The notes: generated by a model not told the origin, from the letters alone. A DNA stretch of 64,000 bases from Paludibacteraceae bacterium (GCA_024399535.1 JAKSNU010000001.1:5628-69627), one strand, 5' to 3'; positions 38,365 to 48,870 are shown, numbered from the stretch's first letter. Translations and numbers: made by a program.

Positions 38365-39456
38365 ATGGAATTAAAGACAACTCCTTTCACCGAGACACAC
38401 ATTGCTCTTGGTGCAAAAATGGCTGAGTTTGCTGGTTACAACATGCCTATTAACTATGCAAACGGTATCAATCACGAACACTTGACAGTAGTTAATGGTG
38501 TAGGTGTTTTCGATGTATCACACATGGGCGAATTCATGGTAGAGGGTGCAAAAGCAAAGCAATTCCTCGGTCGTGTATGTTCCAACACATTGAATCTTAT
38601 TGACGGACAGGCACAATATAATTGCTTCCCTAACGGACAGGGCGGTATAGTTGATGACCTCATCGTATATCACTATAACGATGAAAAATATCTGCTCGTA
38701 GTGAATGCAGCAAACATCGACAAAGACTGGGCATGGGTAAACAAAAACAACGAAGAAGGTGTTAAATTGACTAATATTTCTGACAATGTCGCACAGCTCG
38801 CTGTTCAAGGACCAAAAGCAATTCTCGCATTGCAAAAATTGACAGACGTAAAACTCGAAGACATTAAATACTACCATTTCGCAGTTGGTACGTTTGCCGG
38901 ATGCGCAGATGTCATCATTTCAGCTACAGGATACACTGGAGCAGGTGGTTTTGAACTCTATTTTGACCCTAAATGTGGCAAAAAGATTTGGGATGCAGTA
39001 TTCGAAGCAGGAAAAGAATTTGGTATTGAACCAATAGGACTCGGAGCACGCGACACTTTGCGTCTTGAAATGGGATTCTGCTTGTATGGACACGAGATCA
39101 ACGACACCACTTCGCCAATCGAAGCAGGCTTAGGTTGGATTACAAAGCCAGCTGAAGGCAAGAATCTCATTGACGGAGAACTTTATGTTCGTCAAAGAGC
39201 AGAAGGAGTATCGCGCAAACTTGTTGCATTCGAACTTCAAGAGCGTGCAATTCCACGTAAAGACTACGAATTGACAGACGGCGAAGGAAATGTGATTGGA
39301 GTGGTTACTTCCGGATGTATGTCTCCATGTCGCGGAATTGGTGTTGGTATGGGGTATGTAAAGAAAGATTTTTCGAAGACAGATACTAAAATTGCAGTGA
39401 AAATCAGAAACAAAGAAGTTCCTGCTTTAGTAGTTAAATTACCTTTCAGACATTGA
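38365..39456 (+). CDS. gcvT: Glycine cleavage system aminomethyltransferase
   Basis: 363 aa with [18 protein letters not shown] and ARDTLRLE. Confidence 0.9.
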   Translation: MELKTTPFTETHIALGAKMAEFAGYNMPINYANGINHEHLTVVNGVGVFDVSHMGEFMVEGAKAKQFLGRVCSNTLNLIDGQAQYNCFPNGQGGIVDDLIVYHYNDEKYLLVVNAANIDKDWAWVNKNNEEGVKLTNISDNVAQLAVQGPKAILALQKLTDVKLEDIKYYHFAVGTFAGCADVIISATGYTGAGGFELYFDPKCGKKIWDAVFEAGKEFGIEPIGLGARDTLRLEMGFCLYGHEINDTTSPIEAGLGWITKPAEGKNLIDGELYVRQRAEGVSRKLVAFELQERAIPRKDYELTDGEGNVIGVVTSGCMSPCRGIGVGMGYVKKDFSKTDTKIAVKIRNKEVPALVVKLPFRH

Positions 39457-39478
39457 TTTAGAACATATGATTTGCGTC

Positions 39479-39511
39479 AATCCGCACCACATTAAGTGAT
39501 GCGGATTTTTT
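39479..39511 (+). terminator. gcvT intrinsic terminator
   Basis: AATCCGCA / TGCGGATT stem followed by a T-run. Confidence 0.7.
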
Positions 39512-39546
39512 ATTTATTTATTTGTTTGTATATCATTTTTTTTTTG

Positions 39547-39554
39547 TAACTTTG
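39547..39554 (+). promoter_or_regulatory. -7 box TAACTTTG (extended GTAACTTTGCAGCG) for the partner-switching operon
   Basis: Motif 70 nt upstream of the ATG at 39624. Confidence 0.55.
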
Positions 39555-39623
39555 CAGCGCAATTTATAGGGTCGTTTGAAAAAACAAATTTGATAAAAAA
39601 AAAGCGAATAAAATAGTTAACAT

Positions 39624-41444
39624 ATGAATATTAGAGAAAAAATCAGAGAGTTAAAGTGGACAAATGGGAGAGATGCAAATGGGAAGAAGATGTATTCTAT
39701 GTGGCAGTTATGCTTATGGTTGCTGTTTTTAGTTGTTGCTACATACTCATTGAGTTTTGCAAGAAACTACTACATTGCTAAGCAACAGGCATTGTTAGAC
39801 GCTAAGACAAAAGCCGATTTGAATCTCCAAATAGCGAGTTGTATTATTGACAAACACTTGTCTCAAGTGGAAATCTCTTGTGACAACTTAGCTTCTACAT
39901 TCTTGGAAGCCAAAGATGTTATTGACGAGAATGGAAATAAATACAAAAAATTCATCTACCACAATCGTTTTGGAGCAACAGCGTCAAAAAGCGAGATATT
40001 TGATGGTTTGGAATTATTCACAAAAGCAAATCCGCACCTTTGGGGAGCTGCCATATCATTTGAGACTGATTTTTATCAAGACACTTGCCCTAACGGATTA
40101 TGTGTATTTGTTCGTCATTCCGCCAAAGATGTCTACGAGCACGTTGACATTTCGGCAATGGGCGACAACTTTAGGGAAAAAGAATGGTATGGTGGAACTA
40201 AAAAACTCGGAAGAGCTCAATGGACAAAACCATATTTAGACGTTATAGGTGAACTCATTGTCAGTTATTGCATTCCTATTTACGACGAAAATAACAAATT
40301 CATAGGCATAGTCGATGTCGATTATCAATTAAGCCGATTCAATGAGGAACTTACAAAAGAGGTCCATCCATACGAGAATAGCGAATTGATGTTGCTGACT
40401 TCTAACCAATTCATTGTCCATCCAAACAGAAACTATATAAAAGATAAGCAGACATCTATCGAAGATTTGAAAAGAGACTGCGAGGCTGACAACAAAAAAC
40501 TGTATTTTTCGAATATTGATTCGAACATGATGACAGTGGCATTAGTTTGTTCGAACGAAGATATTTTCAGAAACGTTGAGGAAATTACATCTAAAATCAA
40601 ATTATATGGCGCAATTGGTCTTCTCATCACGTTGATATTGCTATTTCTGACAATTGTTGAAATCAAAAAAGTCACCGAAAGCAGAGCAAACATAGAAAGC
40701 GAGTTGTGTGTTGCCTCCAATATCCAAATGGATATGTTGCCTAAGATGTTTCCTGCATTTCCTGATAGACAAGACATCAACGTCTATGCCACATTGAAAC
40801 CAGCCAAAAGTGTCGGAGGCGATTTGTATGATTTCCTTATCAAAAAGGATCCTCAGACTGGGAAAGAATCATTTTGTTTCATTATAGGCGACGTTTCTGG
40901 CAAAGGTGTACCTGCATCTCTTTTAATGGCAATGGTATGCAGTTTGTTCAGAGATATAGCGAGAAAAGAACTGAAAGCATCAAAAATAGTTTCTGACATC
41001 AACAATTGCATTAGCGATAGGAACGAGCATGATATGTTCTGCACATTGGCAGTCGGAATCATTGATTTAGAAACTGGACATTTGGAATATTGCAACGCAG
41101 GACATAACCAGCCAATAATAGCTAAGGATGGTGAAGTAGATTATGTTGATGTCACTCCTAATTTACCTGTAGGCGCATTCGGAGATTTTGAATATATTAG
41201 TGATGAAATGACAATAGGCGGAAATGACAAGTTATTCCTCTATACTGACGGATTGACTGAAGCCGAGAATATCAAAAAAGAAGAATATGGAGAACAGGCA
41301 CCATTAGAAATTATTAAAAATCATATGAACGACACTACAACAAACTTGGTCAACCACGTATTGTCAGAACTCTCTGCTTTTGTCGGGAAAGCAGAACAGA
41401 GTGATGATATAACATTAATGTGCATCCAATTTAATAAAAAATAA
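39624..41444 (+). CDS. Membrane sensor PP2C/SpoIIE-family serine phosphatase with a periplasmic Cache-like domain (RsbU-like)
   Basis: 606 aa. TM1 is LCLWLLFLVVATYSLSF. A ~270-aa extracytoplasmic domain carries WYGGTKKLGRAQWTKPYLD...IGIVDVDYQL (Cache-like). TM2 follows, then PP2C motifs GGDLYDF, IGDVSGKGVPASLLMA, LYTDGLTEA and DDITLM. Confidence 0.85.
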   Translation: MNIREKIRELKWTNGRDANGKKMYSMWQLCLWLLFLVVATYSLSFARNYYIAKQQALLDAKTKADLNLQIASCIIDKHLSQVEISCDNLASTFLEAKDVIDENGNKYKKFIYHNRFGATASKSEIFDGLELFTKANPHLWGAAISFETDFYQDTCPNGLCVFVRHSAKDVYEHVDISAMGDNFREKEWYGGTKKLGRAQWTKPYLDVIGELIVSYCIPIYDENNKFIGIVDVDYQLSRFNEELTKEVHPYENSELMLLTSNQFIVHPNRNYIKDKQTSIEDLKRDCEADNKKLYFSNIDSNMMTVALVCSNEDIFRNVEEITSKIKLYGAIGLLITLILLFLTIVEIKKVTESRANIESELCVASNIQMDMLPKMFPAFPDRQDINVYATLKPAKSVGGDLYDFLIKKDPQTGKESFCFIIGDVSGKGVPASLLMAMVCSLFRDIARKELKASKIVSDINNCISDRNEHDMFCTLAVGIIDLETGHLEYCNAGHNQPIIAKDGEVDYVDVTPNLPVGAFGDFEYISDEMTIGGNDKLFLYTDGLTEAENIKKEEYGEQAPLEIIKNHMNDTTTNLVNHVLSELSAFVGKAEQSDDITLMCIQFNKK

Positions 41445-41457
41445 ACGTTATATAAAA

Positions 41458-41760
41458 ATGGAAATAATTATCAAAGAAAATGCGAATAGCATAGAAGGGC
41501 ATTTTGTAGGAAGGTTGGACACTGTCGCAGCCACAAAAGTTGGATCTGAAATGGCTAAATTAGGTGAATATGCAGACAGAGAAATACTTTTGGATTTTGC
41601 TGAACTTGAATTTATCTCGTCAAGCGGTTTGCGACTATTGCTGATGCTGAACAAACAGTCAAAGGCAAAAAAAGGCAAAGTTATTATCGCTAATGCAAGC
41701 GATGATATTAAGCATGTCTTGAAATTAACTGGATTCATTTCCTTGTTTGAAATTAGATAA
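41458..41760 (+). CDS. STAS-domain anti-sigma-factor antagonist-like protein (RsbV/SpoIIAA-like)
   Basis: 100 aa. DFAELEFISSSGLRLL contains the conserved phosphorylatable Ser context. Confidence 0.85.
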   Translation: MEIIIKENANSIEGHFVGRLDTVAATKVGSEMAKLGEYADREILLDFAELEFISSSGLRLLLMLNKQSKAKKGKVIIANASDDIKHVLKLTGFISLFEIR

Positions 41761-41774
41761 AGGAGACCCTGGTT

Positions 41775-42188
41775 ATGTATAAACTACCGATAACCAACGA
41801 CATATCCGAAATGGAACATCTGGAAGAATTTGTAAACGAAATGGCAGAAGCGTTTAATTTAGCAGATGATTTCAAGTTCCAGTTAGGATTGGCTTTAGAC
41901 GAAGCCGTTGCAAACGTTGTTATGTATGCATACCCCGACAAGGAAGGTATGCCGATACATATTGAGGCAGATGGCGAACAAGGCAAAAAATTGATTATCA
42001 GAATAATAGACGAAGGCGTTGAATTCAATCCGTTAGCCGAGGCTCCAGAAGTAGATACAGATGCGACAACTGAAGACAGAGAAATAGGAGGATTAGGAAT
42101 TTTTTTGGTAAAAGAGAGTATGGATGACGTGCAATACGAAAGGAAAGATGGGAAAAACATACTTACAATGACTAAAAATCTATTATAA
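41775..42188 (+). CDS. RsbW/SpoIIAB-like serine protein kinase (HATPase_c_2)
   Basis: 137 aa with N-box LDEAVANVVMYA, IIDEGVEFNP and GGLGIFLVKE. Confidence 0.8.
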   Translation: MYKLPITNDISEMEHLEEFVNEMAEAFNLADDFKFQLGLALDEAVANVVMYAYPDKEGMPIHIEADGEQGKKLIIRIIDEGVEFNPLAEAPEVDTDATTEDREIGGLGIFLVKESMDDVQYERKDGKNILTMTKNLL

Positions 42189-43729
42189 TGCACTTTTGGG
42201 AAATAATAGCAATAGGTGAACTCACTTGGGGAGCATTATTTGTTTTTGTTGTGATTGCAGCAATGGCATTATTGTTGAACCTAACCAAAATGAAGACAGA
42301 ATCAGTGTTTCTGTTGGGTGTTGTTGTATTATTTCTTAGCGGTGTAATTAACGAAGAATCAGCGTTTGGTGGATTTTCTTCCGAGTCAGTGCTGATTACC
42401 GCTACCCTATTTATTGTAGTTGGCGGACTGACTTATACAGGTGTAATAAACTGGATAGTCAAGTATATGTTGGGCAAGCCAAAAACATTCAAAAAAGCAA
42501 TAGCGAGATTGATGTTCCCTGTGGCATTTCTCAGTTCGCTGATAGGCGATACCACTGTGGTGGCTATGTTTATAAATGTGGTTAGGATTTGGTCTAAAAA
42601 ATTAAATTTGACTCCATCCAAATTACTGATTCCATTGAGCTATGCGGCGTGCATGGGAGGTGCTTGTACGTTGATTGGTACACCCACCAATCTTCTTGTG
42701 GCGAGTTTTTACACAGAATCGACAGGCGAGACTTTAAGCATTTTCACCCCAACCATTTGTGGCTTAGTCTGCTTGGTAGTATGTGTGTTGTCAACTATTG
42801 CTTTGCGGAATCTGTTACCGACACGAAAATCGCCTATGGAGGGAATTGATACTGACGATTTTACTGCAGAACTCACAGTTCCTTCCGACTCGCTTATGAT
42901 TGGCAACGGATTGGACGAAACTGGCTATTTTGACAATGGCGATTTGAAAGTTGTCGCTATAAGGAGATTTGATGATGAGATTGTCACACCTGTTGAACCA
43001 GATGAATTCATTATGGGTGGCGACAGAATGATTGTAACAGGAAAAACTGATGCGATACTGAATTTTTGTAGAAAAGAGCATTTGGGCAACGAGCACATTG
43101 AGGGTATCCTATTGTCAGAAGGAGAGATTGAAAATAAAGGAAGAAGTACTATAATATCCTCATTGATAATATTTACAATGGTGATATTATCTGCTTTTTC
43201 CTTATTACCATTGATGCACTCGTGCATCTTGGCAGCCGTGGCTATGATATTTTTCAAATGCTGCACGCCAAAACAGGCGATGAAATCAATTGAATGGGAC
43301 GTTTTGATAATATTTGCCTGTTCGGTTTGTATAGGAAAGGCATTGACATCGACTGGTGTAACTAAACTTTTAGCTGAGAGTTTGATGTCGCTAAACGGAA
43401 ATAGCCCTTATTTTGCATTATTCGTGTTGTGTTTTGTTGCCACGGTAGTCACCGAATTTCTATCGGACACAGCGACAGCAGCTGTTCTGACACCAATTGC
43501 GTTGGACGTAGCTACTACAATGCACGTCAACCCACTGACTTTCTGTGTAGCCATAATGATAGCATCTTCGGCAAATTTTGCAACACCTATCAGTGCCCAT
43601 GCTCATATGCACGTGTTTGTTCCTGGAGGATATAAGTTTTCTGATTTCGTAAAAATAGGAATACCAATGAACATAATTATCTTGATAACAAATGTGGTTA
43701 TCTCATGTTTGGTATTCCCGTTAGTGTAA
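42188..43729 (+). CDS. SLC13/DASS-type permease with a central TrkA-C (RCK_C) domain
   Basis: 513 aa and polytopic. The central soluble segment ELTVPSDSLMIGNGLDE...VAIRRFDDEIVTPVEPDEFIMGGDRMIVTG is TrkA-C-like. The ATG shares its A with the kinase stop codon (TAATG). Confidence 0.7.
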   Translation: MHFWEIIAIGELTWGALFVFVVIAAMALLLNLTKMKTESVFLLGVVVLFLSGVINEESAFGGFSSESVLITATLFIVVGGLTYTGVINWIVKYMLGKPKTFKKAIARLMFPVAFLSSLIGDTTVVAMFINVVRIWSKKLNLTPSKLLIPLSYAACMGGACTLIGTPTNLLVASFYTESTGETLSIFTPTICGLVCLVVCVLSTIALRNLLPTRKSPMEGIDTDDFTAELTVPSDSLMIGNGLDETGYFDNGDLKVVAIRRFDDEIVTPVEPDEFIMGGDRMIVTGKTDAILNFCRKEHLGNEHIEGILLSEGEIENKGRSTIISSLIIFTMVILSAFSLLPLMHSCILAAVAMIFFKCCTPKQAMKSIEWDVLIIFACSVCIGKALTSTGVTKLLAESLMSLNGNSPYFALFVLCFVATVVTEFLSDTATAAVLTPIALDVATTMHVNPLTFCVAIMIASSANFATPISAHAHMHVFVPGGYKFSDFVKIGIPMNIIILITNVVISCLVFPLV

Positions 43730-43738
43730 AGATGACTT

Positions 43739-44464
43739 ATGCGGTATTTCGTTATTTTCGATTATGACGGCGGGCAATATTGCGGATGGCAGAAACAACC
43801 AAATGGCGAGACCATTCAATCCGTAATGGAAAAAGCGTTTGAAACAATACTGAGAGACGAAATCTCGTTGACTGGAGCAGGAAGGACAGATGCAGGCGTT
43901 CATGCTAAAAATATGGTAGCACATTTCGATTTCGATGGTGACTTTGACTGCGAACAATTGGCAAAAAGATTAAATAGCCTGCTGCCAAAAGATATAGCAA
44001 TAAGAGAAATAAAACATGTTGATAGCGAAGCTCATGCTCGGTTCGATGCTAAAAAGAGAAAATATGAATATCACATACTGAGAAAGAAAAATCCTTTTTA
44101 TAGAGACTATAGTTGTGCGATATATTATCCATTGGACATCGAAATAATGAATAAAGGAGCAGAAAAACTGATTGGAAGGAAAGACTTTCAGTCGTTTTCT
44201 AAAGTACATACCGATGTAAACAACTATTATTGTGAAATATACAAAGCTTTTTGGGAAGAACGGGACGACCAGATGATATTTACGATTGAAGCCAATAGGT
44301 TTTTGAGGGGAATGGTGAGAGCTATAGTCGGAACGCTTGTTGACCTCGGAGCTGGAAGGATAAATCTGGAGGACTTGGATAAAATCATCGACTCGCACGA
44401 CAGATGCAGTGCAGGTCAGGCGATGGATGCTAAAGGGTTATTTTTTGTAGGAGCAAAATATTAA
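43739..44464 (+). CDS. truA: tRNA pseudouridine(38-40) synthase
   Basis: 241 aa with YDGGQYCGWQKQ, GAGRTDAGVHA and FLRGMVRAIVGT. Confidence 0.9.
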   Translation: MRYFVIFDYDGGQYCGWQKQPNGETIQSVMEKAFETILRDEISLTGAGRTDAGVHAKNMVAHFDFDGDFDCEQLAKRLNSLLPKDIAIREIKHVDSEAHARFDAKKRKYEYHILRKKNPFYRDYSCAIYYPLDIEIMNKGAEKLIGRKDFQSFSKVHTDVNNYYCEIYKAFWEERDDQMIFTIEANRFLRGMVRAIVGTLVDLGAGRINLEDLDKIIDSHDRCSAGQAMDAKGLFFVGAKY

Positions 44465-44502
44465 ATAATTCAAAATCGTAATAAACAGAACTTATCTGAC
44501 AT

Positions 44503-45336
44503 ATGAAAAAAGTATTTATTGTTTTAACTACTATTTGTTTGTTTTTGGCAGGTTGCAGTGAAGATTCAACCAACGACAAGGTGATGAAAATTGTCAATGG
44601 CGAGCAATATACTGTCGAAAATATTCAGCAAATTTCCAAAATAATCAATGGGTCAAACGATTTAAGCAAAGATGAGGTGGAAAACCTCTACATTGAGGTT
44701 GGCAATTTCATAAGAATGTTTGCCGAACACACAGCCGATTCTCTTAATAATTGCTTGAACAACCCTGACTTGGAGGAAGAAGAACTGAACATTATCAACA
44801 ACGAGATTGACATGATGTCTAAGATGTCTAACGAGACAGGTGTTGAATTTTTCAAAAGCGAGGGATATGTCGTATATGGCATAATGCCAATATTCATCGC
44901 AAACATATTCCATCCGTACCTGACAGACGAAGAATATAGATTCTCAGAAATAGAACAAATGGAATACGAAGATCCAGCGACATTGGATGCCGCAGTGACT
45001 ATTTCTTATCAGGAAATTGCCGACCGATTGTGGGAATGCGACAAACTCTATTCAAGTCAGAATGTTACAGACGAGCTGAAAACAAATCTGCAAACCTATC
45101 GTAACACATACATCATCACTTTGATGTATGGTGCTGACAACACTCCGGCATTCAATTGGCAGACACACAAGATACAACAGGAAATCAAGGATGCATTGCT
45201 CAACTATGTTAAAGACCATCCGAACGCCGAAAGTACACCGACTCTGAAAGATTACATTGTCGTCTTGGAACGTGGCAATTATTATGAAACTCAAGCTACA
45301 CGCGCATACTATTTTAACTATTTAAGAAACAACTAA
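44503..45336 (+). CDS. Lipoprotein, function unknown
   Basis: 277 aa with lipobox LFLAGC. Confidence 0.5.
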   Translation: MKKVFIVLTTICLFLAGCSEDSTNDKVMKIVNGEQYTVENIQQISKIINGSNDLSKDEVENLYIEVGNFIRMFAEHTADSLNNCLNNPDLEEEELNIINNEIDMMSKMSNETGVEFFKSEGYVVYGIMPIFIANIFHPYLTDEEYRFSEIEQMEYEDPATLDAAVTISYQEIADRLWECDKLYSSQNVTDELKTNLQTYRNTYIITLMYGADNTPAFNWQTHKIQQEIKDALLNYVKDHPNAESTPTLKDYIVVLERGNYYETQATRAYYFNYLRNN

Positions 45337-45338
45337 TT

Positions 45339-45803
45339 ATGACAAACTGGTTTGAATGTAAGGTTAGTTATGACAGTTCGTTCAAAGAGAACGAAGATCC
45401 AAAGAACGCAAAGAAAAAAGAAATTTACCTCGTGGATGCTCTTTCGTTCACTGAGGCTGAAGCAAGAATAATCAAGGAGATAACTCCTTTCGTAGTCGGC
45501 GAACTCGATGTGACGGCAGTCAACAAGAAGAAAATCACTGAGATGGTGTTCAACGACGACCCGAAAGCCGACAAATGGTACAGATGCAAAGTTTTGTATA
45601 TCTCTGTAGAAGACGAAGTTGAGAAAAAAGTCGCTACCACCTATATGGTTCAGGCAGCCGACTTTGAAGGAGCTTTGAAACACCTGATTGAAGTGGGCTT
45701 AAGCGGGATATTATCCGAATATGAGATAGCATCTATCACCGAGACACAAATTATGGATGTGTTCAAATACGAAGCGCCAGAGGAGAACGCACGACATGAG
45801 TAA
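45339..45803 (+). CDS. Conserved hypothetical protein (DUF4494-like)
   Basis: 154 aa. The N-terminus WFECKVSY...LVDALSFTEAEARI resembles a Bacteroidetes DUF family recalled from memory. Not verifiable here. Confidence 0.4.
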   Translation: MTNWFECKVSYDSSFKENEDPKNAKKKEIYLVDALSFTEAEARIIKEITPFVVGELDVTAVNKKKITEMVFNDDPKADKWYRCKVLYISVEDEVEKKVATTYMVQAADFEGALKHLIEVGLSGILSEYEIASITETQIMDVFKYEAPEENARHE

Positions 45804-46467
45804 TATTGCTGAAAATATCAAGAATATACGTGGCAATGTCCCTTCATCGGTAAAACTCGTCTGCGTATCGAAATTCCATCCATGCGAAGCCATTATGGAG
45901 GCTTACAATGCTGGCGAAAGGTGTTTCGGTGAGAATAGACCACAGGAGATGGTTGAGAAAGCCAAAACTCTTCCAAACGACATTCAGTGGCACTTCATAG
46001 GCAATCTCCAGACCAACAAGGTCAAAATGGTAGTTCCCTATGCAGTGATGATACAAAGTATGTCGAACGAAAGATTGGTTGACGAGATTGAAAAATGCGC
46101 TGCACGGCTTGGAAAGATACAAGACGTACTGATTGAACTGCATGTGGCGCAGGAAGAGACCAAGCAGGGGTTTACGGCTGACGAAGCGATAGCATTGTTC
46201 ACAAGAAACTATGTTGACGCTCACCCGCACATTCGGATATGCGGAGTGATGGGTATGGCGTCAAACACTGATAATGTGGAAATTATAAAAAACGATTTCC
46301 GGAAGATTAAACAGACATACGATACTTTACGGAACGGAGTGTTCGCCGACGACCCTCATTTCAACGAAGTGTCAATGGGAATGTCAGGCGACTATCTGCT
46401 TGGAATTGAGACAGGGAGCACAATAGTGAGAGTTGGAAGTGCAATATTCGGCGCACGACAATATTGA
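45796..46467 (+). CDS. yggS: YggS-family pyridoxal-phosphate homeostasis protein
   Basis: VKLVCVSKFHP (PLP Lys), HFIGNLQTNKV, SMGMSGDY. The ATG at 45796 (MSNIAENI) is preferred over the ORF-track start at 45757 and overlaps the upstream stop by 8 nt. Confidence 0.85.
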   Translation: MSNIAENIKNIRGNVPSSVKLVCVSKFHPCEAIMEAYNAGERCFGENRPQEMVEKAKTLPNDIQWHFIGNLQTNKVKMVVPYAVMIQSMSNERLVDEIEKCAARLGKIQDVLIELHVAQEETKQGFTADEAIALFTRNYVDAHPHIRICGVMGMASNTDNVEIIKNDFRKIKQTYDTLRNGVFADDPHFNEVSMGMSGDYLLGIETGSTIVRVGSAIFGARQY

Positions 46468-46506
46468 CAAACGCATACAATGAAATAATATATAAAAACT
46501 CAAACA

Positions 46507-48135
46507 ATGGACAAACATTTATTTTTGGGCGATGAAGCCATCGCACAGGCTGCAATTGATGCAGGTCTTTCTGGTGTATATGCCTATCCGGGAACACCAT
46601 CGACAGAAATCACCGAATTCATCCAGGATTCGAAAATGGCACGCGAGCTCGGCATACGTAGCGAATGGTGCGCTAATGAGAAAACAGCAATGGAGGCTGC
46701 TCTCGGTATGAGTTATGCAGGCAAACGTGCTATGTTCTGCTGCAAACACGTGGGTGTAAACGTAGCAGCTGACTGTTTCGTAAACTCGGCAGTTACTGGT
46801 GTAAATGGTGGTTTGGTATATATCGCTGCCGACGACCCTTCAATGCACTCTTCGCAGAACGAGCAGGACTCTCGTTTCTATGCTGACTTTGCTTTCATTC
46901 CAGCAATGGAGCCAGCATCGCAACAGGAAGCATACGACATGATTCATTATGCTTTCGACCTCTCTGAGAAATACAAAGAGCCAGTCATGATGCGTATTAC
47001 AACACGTATGGCTCATTCTCGTGCAGGTGTTGAGCGTAAAGCTGAGGTTCGCAAACAGAACCAGTTGACGTTGCCAGTTGACAAGAAACAGTACATTCTG
47101 TTGCCAGCGATAGCACGCAAGCAATATGCCAAATTGCTCGAAAAACAACCTGACTTTGTAAAAGAGTCTGAGACTGCAGGATGGAACAAATATTTCGATG
47201 GAACCGACAAAAAACTCGGTATCATCGCATGTGGTATTGCTTACAACTACCTCATGGAGAACTATCCAGATCGCAAATGTCCATACCCTATCGTAAAAGT
47301 TCAGCAGTACCCATTGCCAACAGCAATGATCGAGAAACTCTACAACGAATGCGATGAGATTCTCGTTTTGGAAGAGGGTCAGCCACTCAACGAACAGAAA
47401 ATACGTGGATTCATGAACAATGGCAAACGTGTTCATGGTCGTTTGGATGGCAGTCTGCCACGTATGGGCGAGTTGTCGCCAAACGCTGTAGGTCGTGCTC
47501 TCGGGCTCAACATCGAAGAGGGATTGGAAATACCTGCCCTCGTTGCAGCACGTCCTCCTAAATTGTGCGATGGATGTCCTCACATCGATTCATATACAGC
47601 ATTGAACGAGGCTATGAAATCGTTCCCAGGCGGACGCGTATTCTCAGATATCGGTTGCTATACACTCGGTGCTCTTCCTCCATTTGAGGCAATTTATTCG
47701 ACAGTCGATATGGGTGCTTCTATTACAATGGCAAAAGGTGCTTCTGAGGCTACCCTGCTTCCATCAGTTGCAGTCATAGGCGACTCTACATTCACACACT
47801 CTGGTATGACAGGTTTGCTTGATTGCTGCGTCGATAACGCAAACATCACCGTCATTATTCTCGACAACGAGATTACAGGTATGACTGGTTCACAGAAATC
47901 ATCTGCAACAGGTCGTCTTGAGAGCATCTGTACTGGTCTCGGTGTTGCGCCAGAGCATATCCGTGTAATCAAACCTTTGAAGCAGAACTTCGAGGAGAAT
48001 GTCAAGGTTCTCAAAGAGGAGATTGGCTACAATGGCGTTTCTGTTGTCATTCCACGTCGCGAGTGCATCGTTGCAATGAACAAGCGTCTGAAAGCAGAGC
48101 GTGCTGCAAAAGAGAAAGCCGCAAAGCAGAATTAA
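46507..48135 (+). CDS. iorA: Indolepyruvate:ferredoxin oxidoreductase alpha subunit
   Basis: 542 aa with a TPP-enzyme pattern (GDSTFTHSG), an N-terminal pyrimidine-binding domain, and a paired beta subunit downstream. Confidence 0.8.
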   Translation: MDKHLFLGDEAIAQAAIDAGLSGVYAYPGTPSTEITEFIQDSKMARELGIRSEWCANEKTAMEAALGMSYAGKRAMFCCKHVGVNVAADCFVNSAVTGVNGGLVYIAADDPSMHSSQNEQDSRFYADFAFIPAMEPASQQEAYDMIHYAFDLSEKYKEPVMMRITTRMAHSRAGVERKAEVRKQNQLTLPVDKKQYILLPAIARKQYAKLLEKQPDFVKESETAGWNKYFDGTDKKLGIIACGIAYNYLMENYPDRKCPYPIVKVQQYPLPTAMIEKLYNECDEILVLEEGQPLNEQKIRGFMNNGKRVHGRLDGSLPRMGELSPNAVGRALGLNIEEGLEIPALVAARPPKLCDGCPHIDSYTALNEAMKSFPGGRVFSDIGCYTLGALPPFEAIYSTVDMGASITMAKGASEATLLPSVAVIGDSTFTHSGMTGLLDCCVDNANITVIILDNEITGMTGSQKSSATGRLESICTGLGVAPEHIRVIKPLKQNFEENVKVLKEEIGYNGVSVVIPRRECIVAMNKRLKAERAAKEKAAKQN

Positions 48136-48162
48136 TTTAATAATCAATAAAGTAACAAAGAT

Positions 48163-48741
48163 ATGAAAATAGATATTATCCTTTGCGGTGTCGGCGGTAT
48201 GGGTGCCCTTTCGTCCGCAGCAATCATTTCGAAAGCAGCTCTTGATATGGGTTGGTATATGAAACAGGCAGAGACTCACGGTATGAGCCAGCGTGGTGGC
48301 GACGTTCAGTCTCACCTCCGTCTGAGCGATCAGCCAATAGCTTCCGACCTCATCCCTGCAGGTCAGTGCGACCTTATTCTTTCAGTTGAGCCAATGGAGG
48401 CACTCAGATACCTCCCATTCCTCAACAAAAAGACTGGATGGGTAATCACTAACTCGAATGCATTCGTAAACATTCCTAACTACCCTGACCTTGAGGCTGT
48501 AAAAGCAGAAATCGATAAATTGCCTAACAAGATTATCTTCGACGCTGATGCAGTTGCAAAAGAGGCAAACAACCCTAAGGGAACAAATATGGTTGTGCTC
48601 GGTGCAGCATCTAAATACCTCGGTATCGACATCGAGAAACTCGAAGATGCGGTACGCAGCAACTTCGGCAAGAAAGGCGAAAGCGTTGTCAACGCCAACA
48701 TCAATGCCCTTCGTGCTGGTCGCGCTGTAGCTGACAAATAA
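48163..48741 (+). CDS. iorB: Indolepyruvate oxidoreductase beta subunit
   Basis: 192 aa with GVGGMG and ETHGMSQRGG, which are motifs of the POR gamma-like family. Confidence 0.8.
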   Translation: MKIDIILCGVGGMGALSSAAIISKAALDMGWYMKQAETHGMSQRGGDVQSHLRLSDQPIASDLIPAGQCDLILSVEPMEALRYLPFLNKKTGWVITNSNAFVNIPNYPDLEAVKAEIDKLPNKIIFDADAVAKEANNPKGTNMVVLGAASKYLGIDIEKLEDAVRSNFGKKGESVVNANINALRAGRAVADK

Positions 48742-48763
48742 TCTGAAAAATTGATATTTCGGG

Positions 48764-48805
48764 AAAGACTGTCTGACGTCATTTCGTGTTAGGCAGTCTT
48801 TTTTT
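48764..48805 (+). terminator. iorB intrinsic terminator
   Basis: ~14-bp stem (AAAGACTGTCTGAC / GTTAGGCAGTCTTT with G:U pairs) followed by a T-run. Confidence 0.7.
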
Positions 48806-48813
48806 ATGATTCA

Positions 48814-48845
48814 TTTGGAGAATTGGAATAAATGACGTACCTTTG
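48814..48845 (+). promoter_or_regulatory. Promoter for xerD (-33 TTTG 48814-48817, -7 TACCTTTG 48838-48845)
   Basis: Canonical 20-nt spacing. Confidence 0.55.
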
Positions 48846-48870
48846 CACGACGAAAAAAAACTAACCGCAG

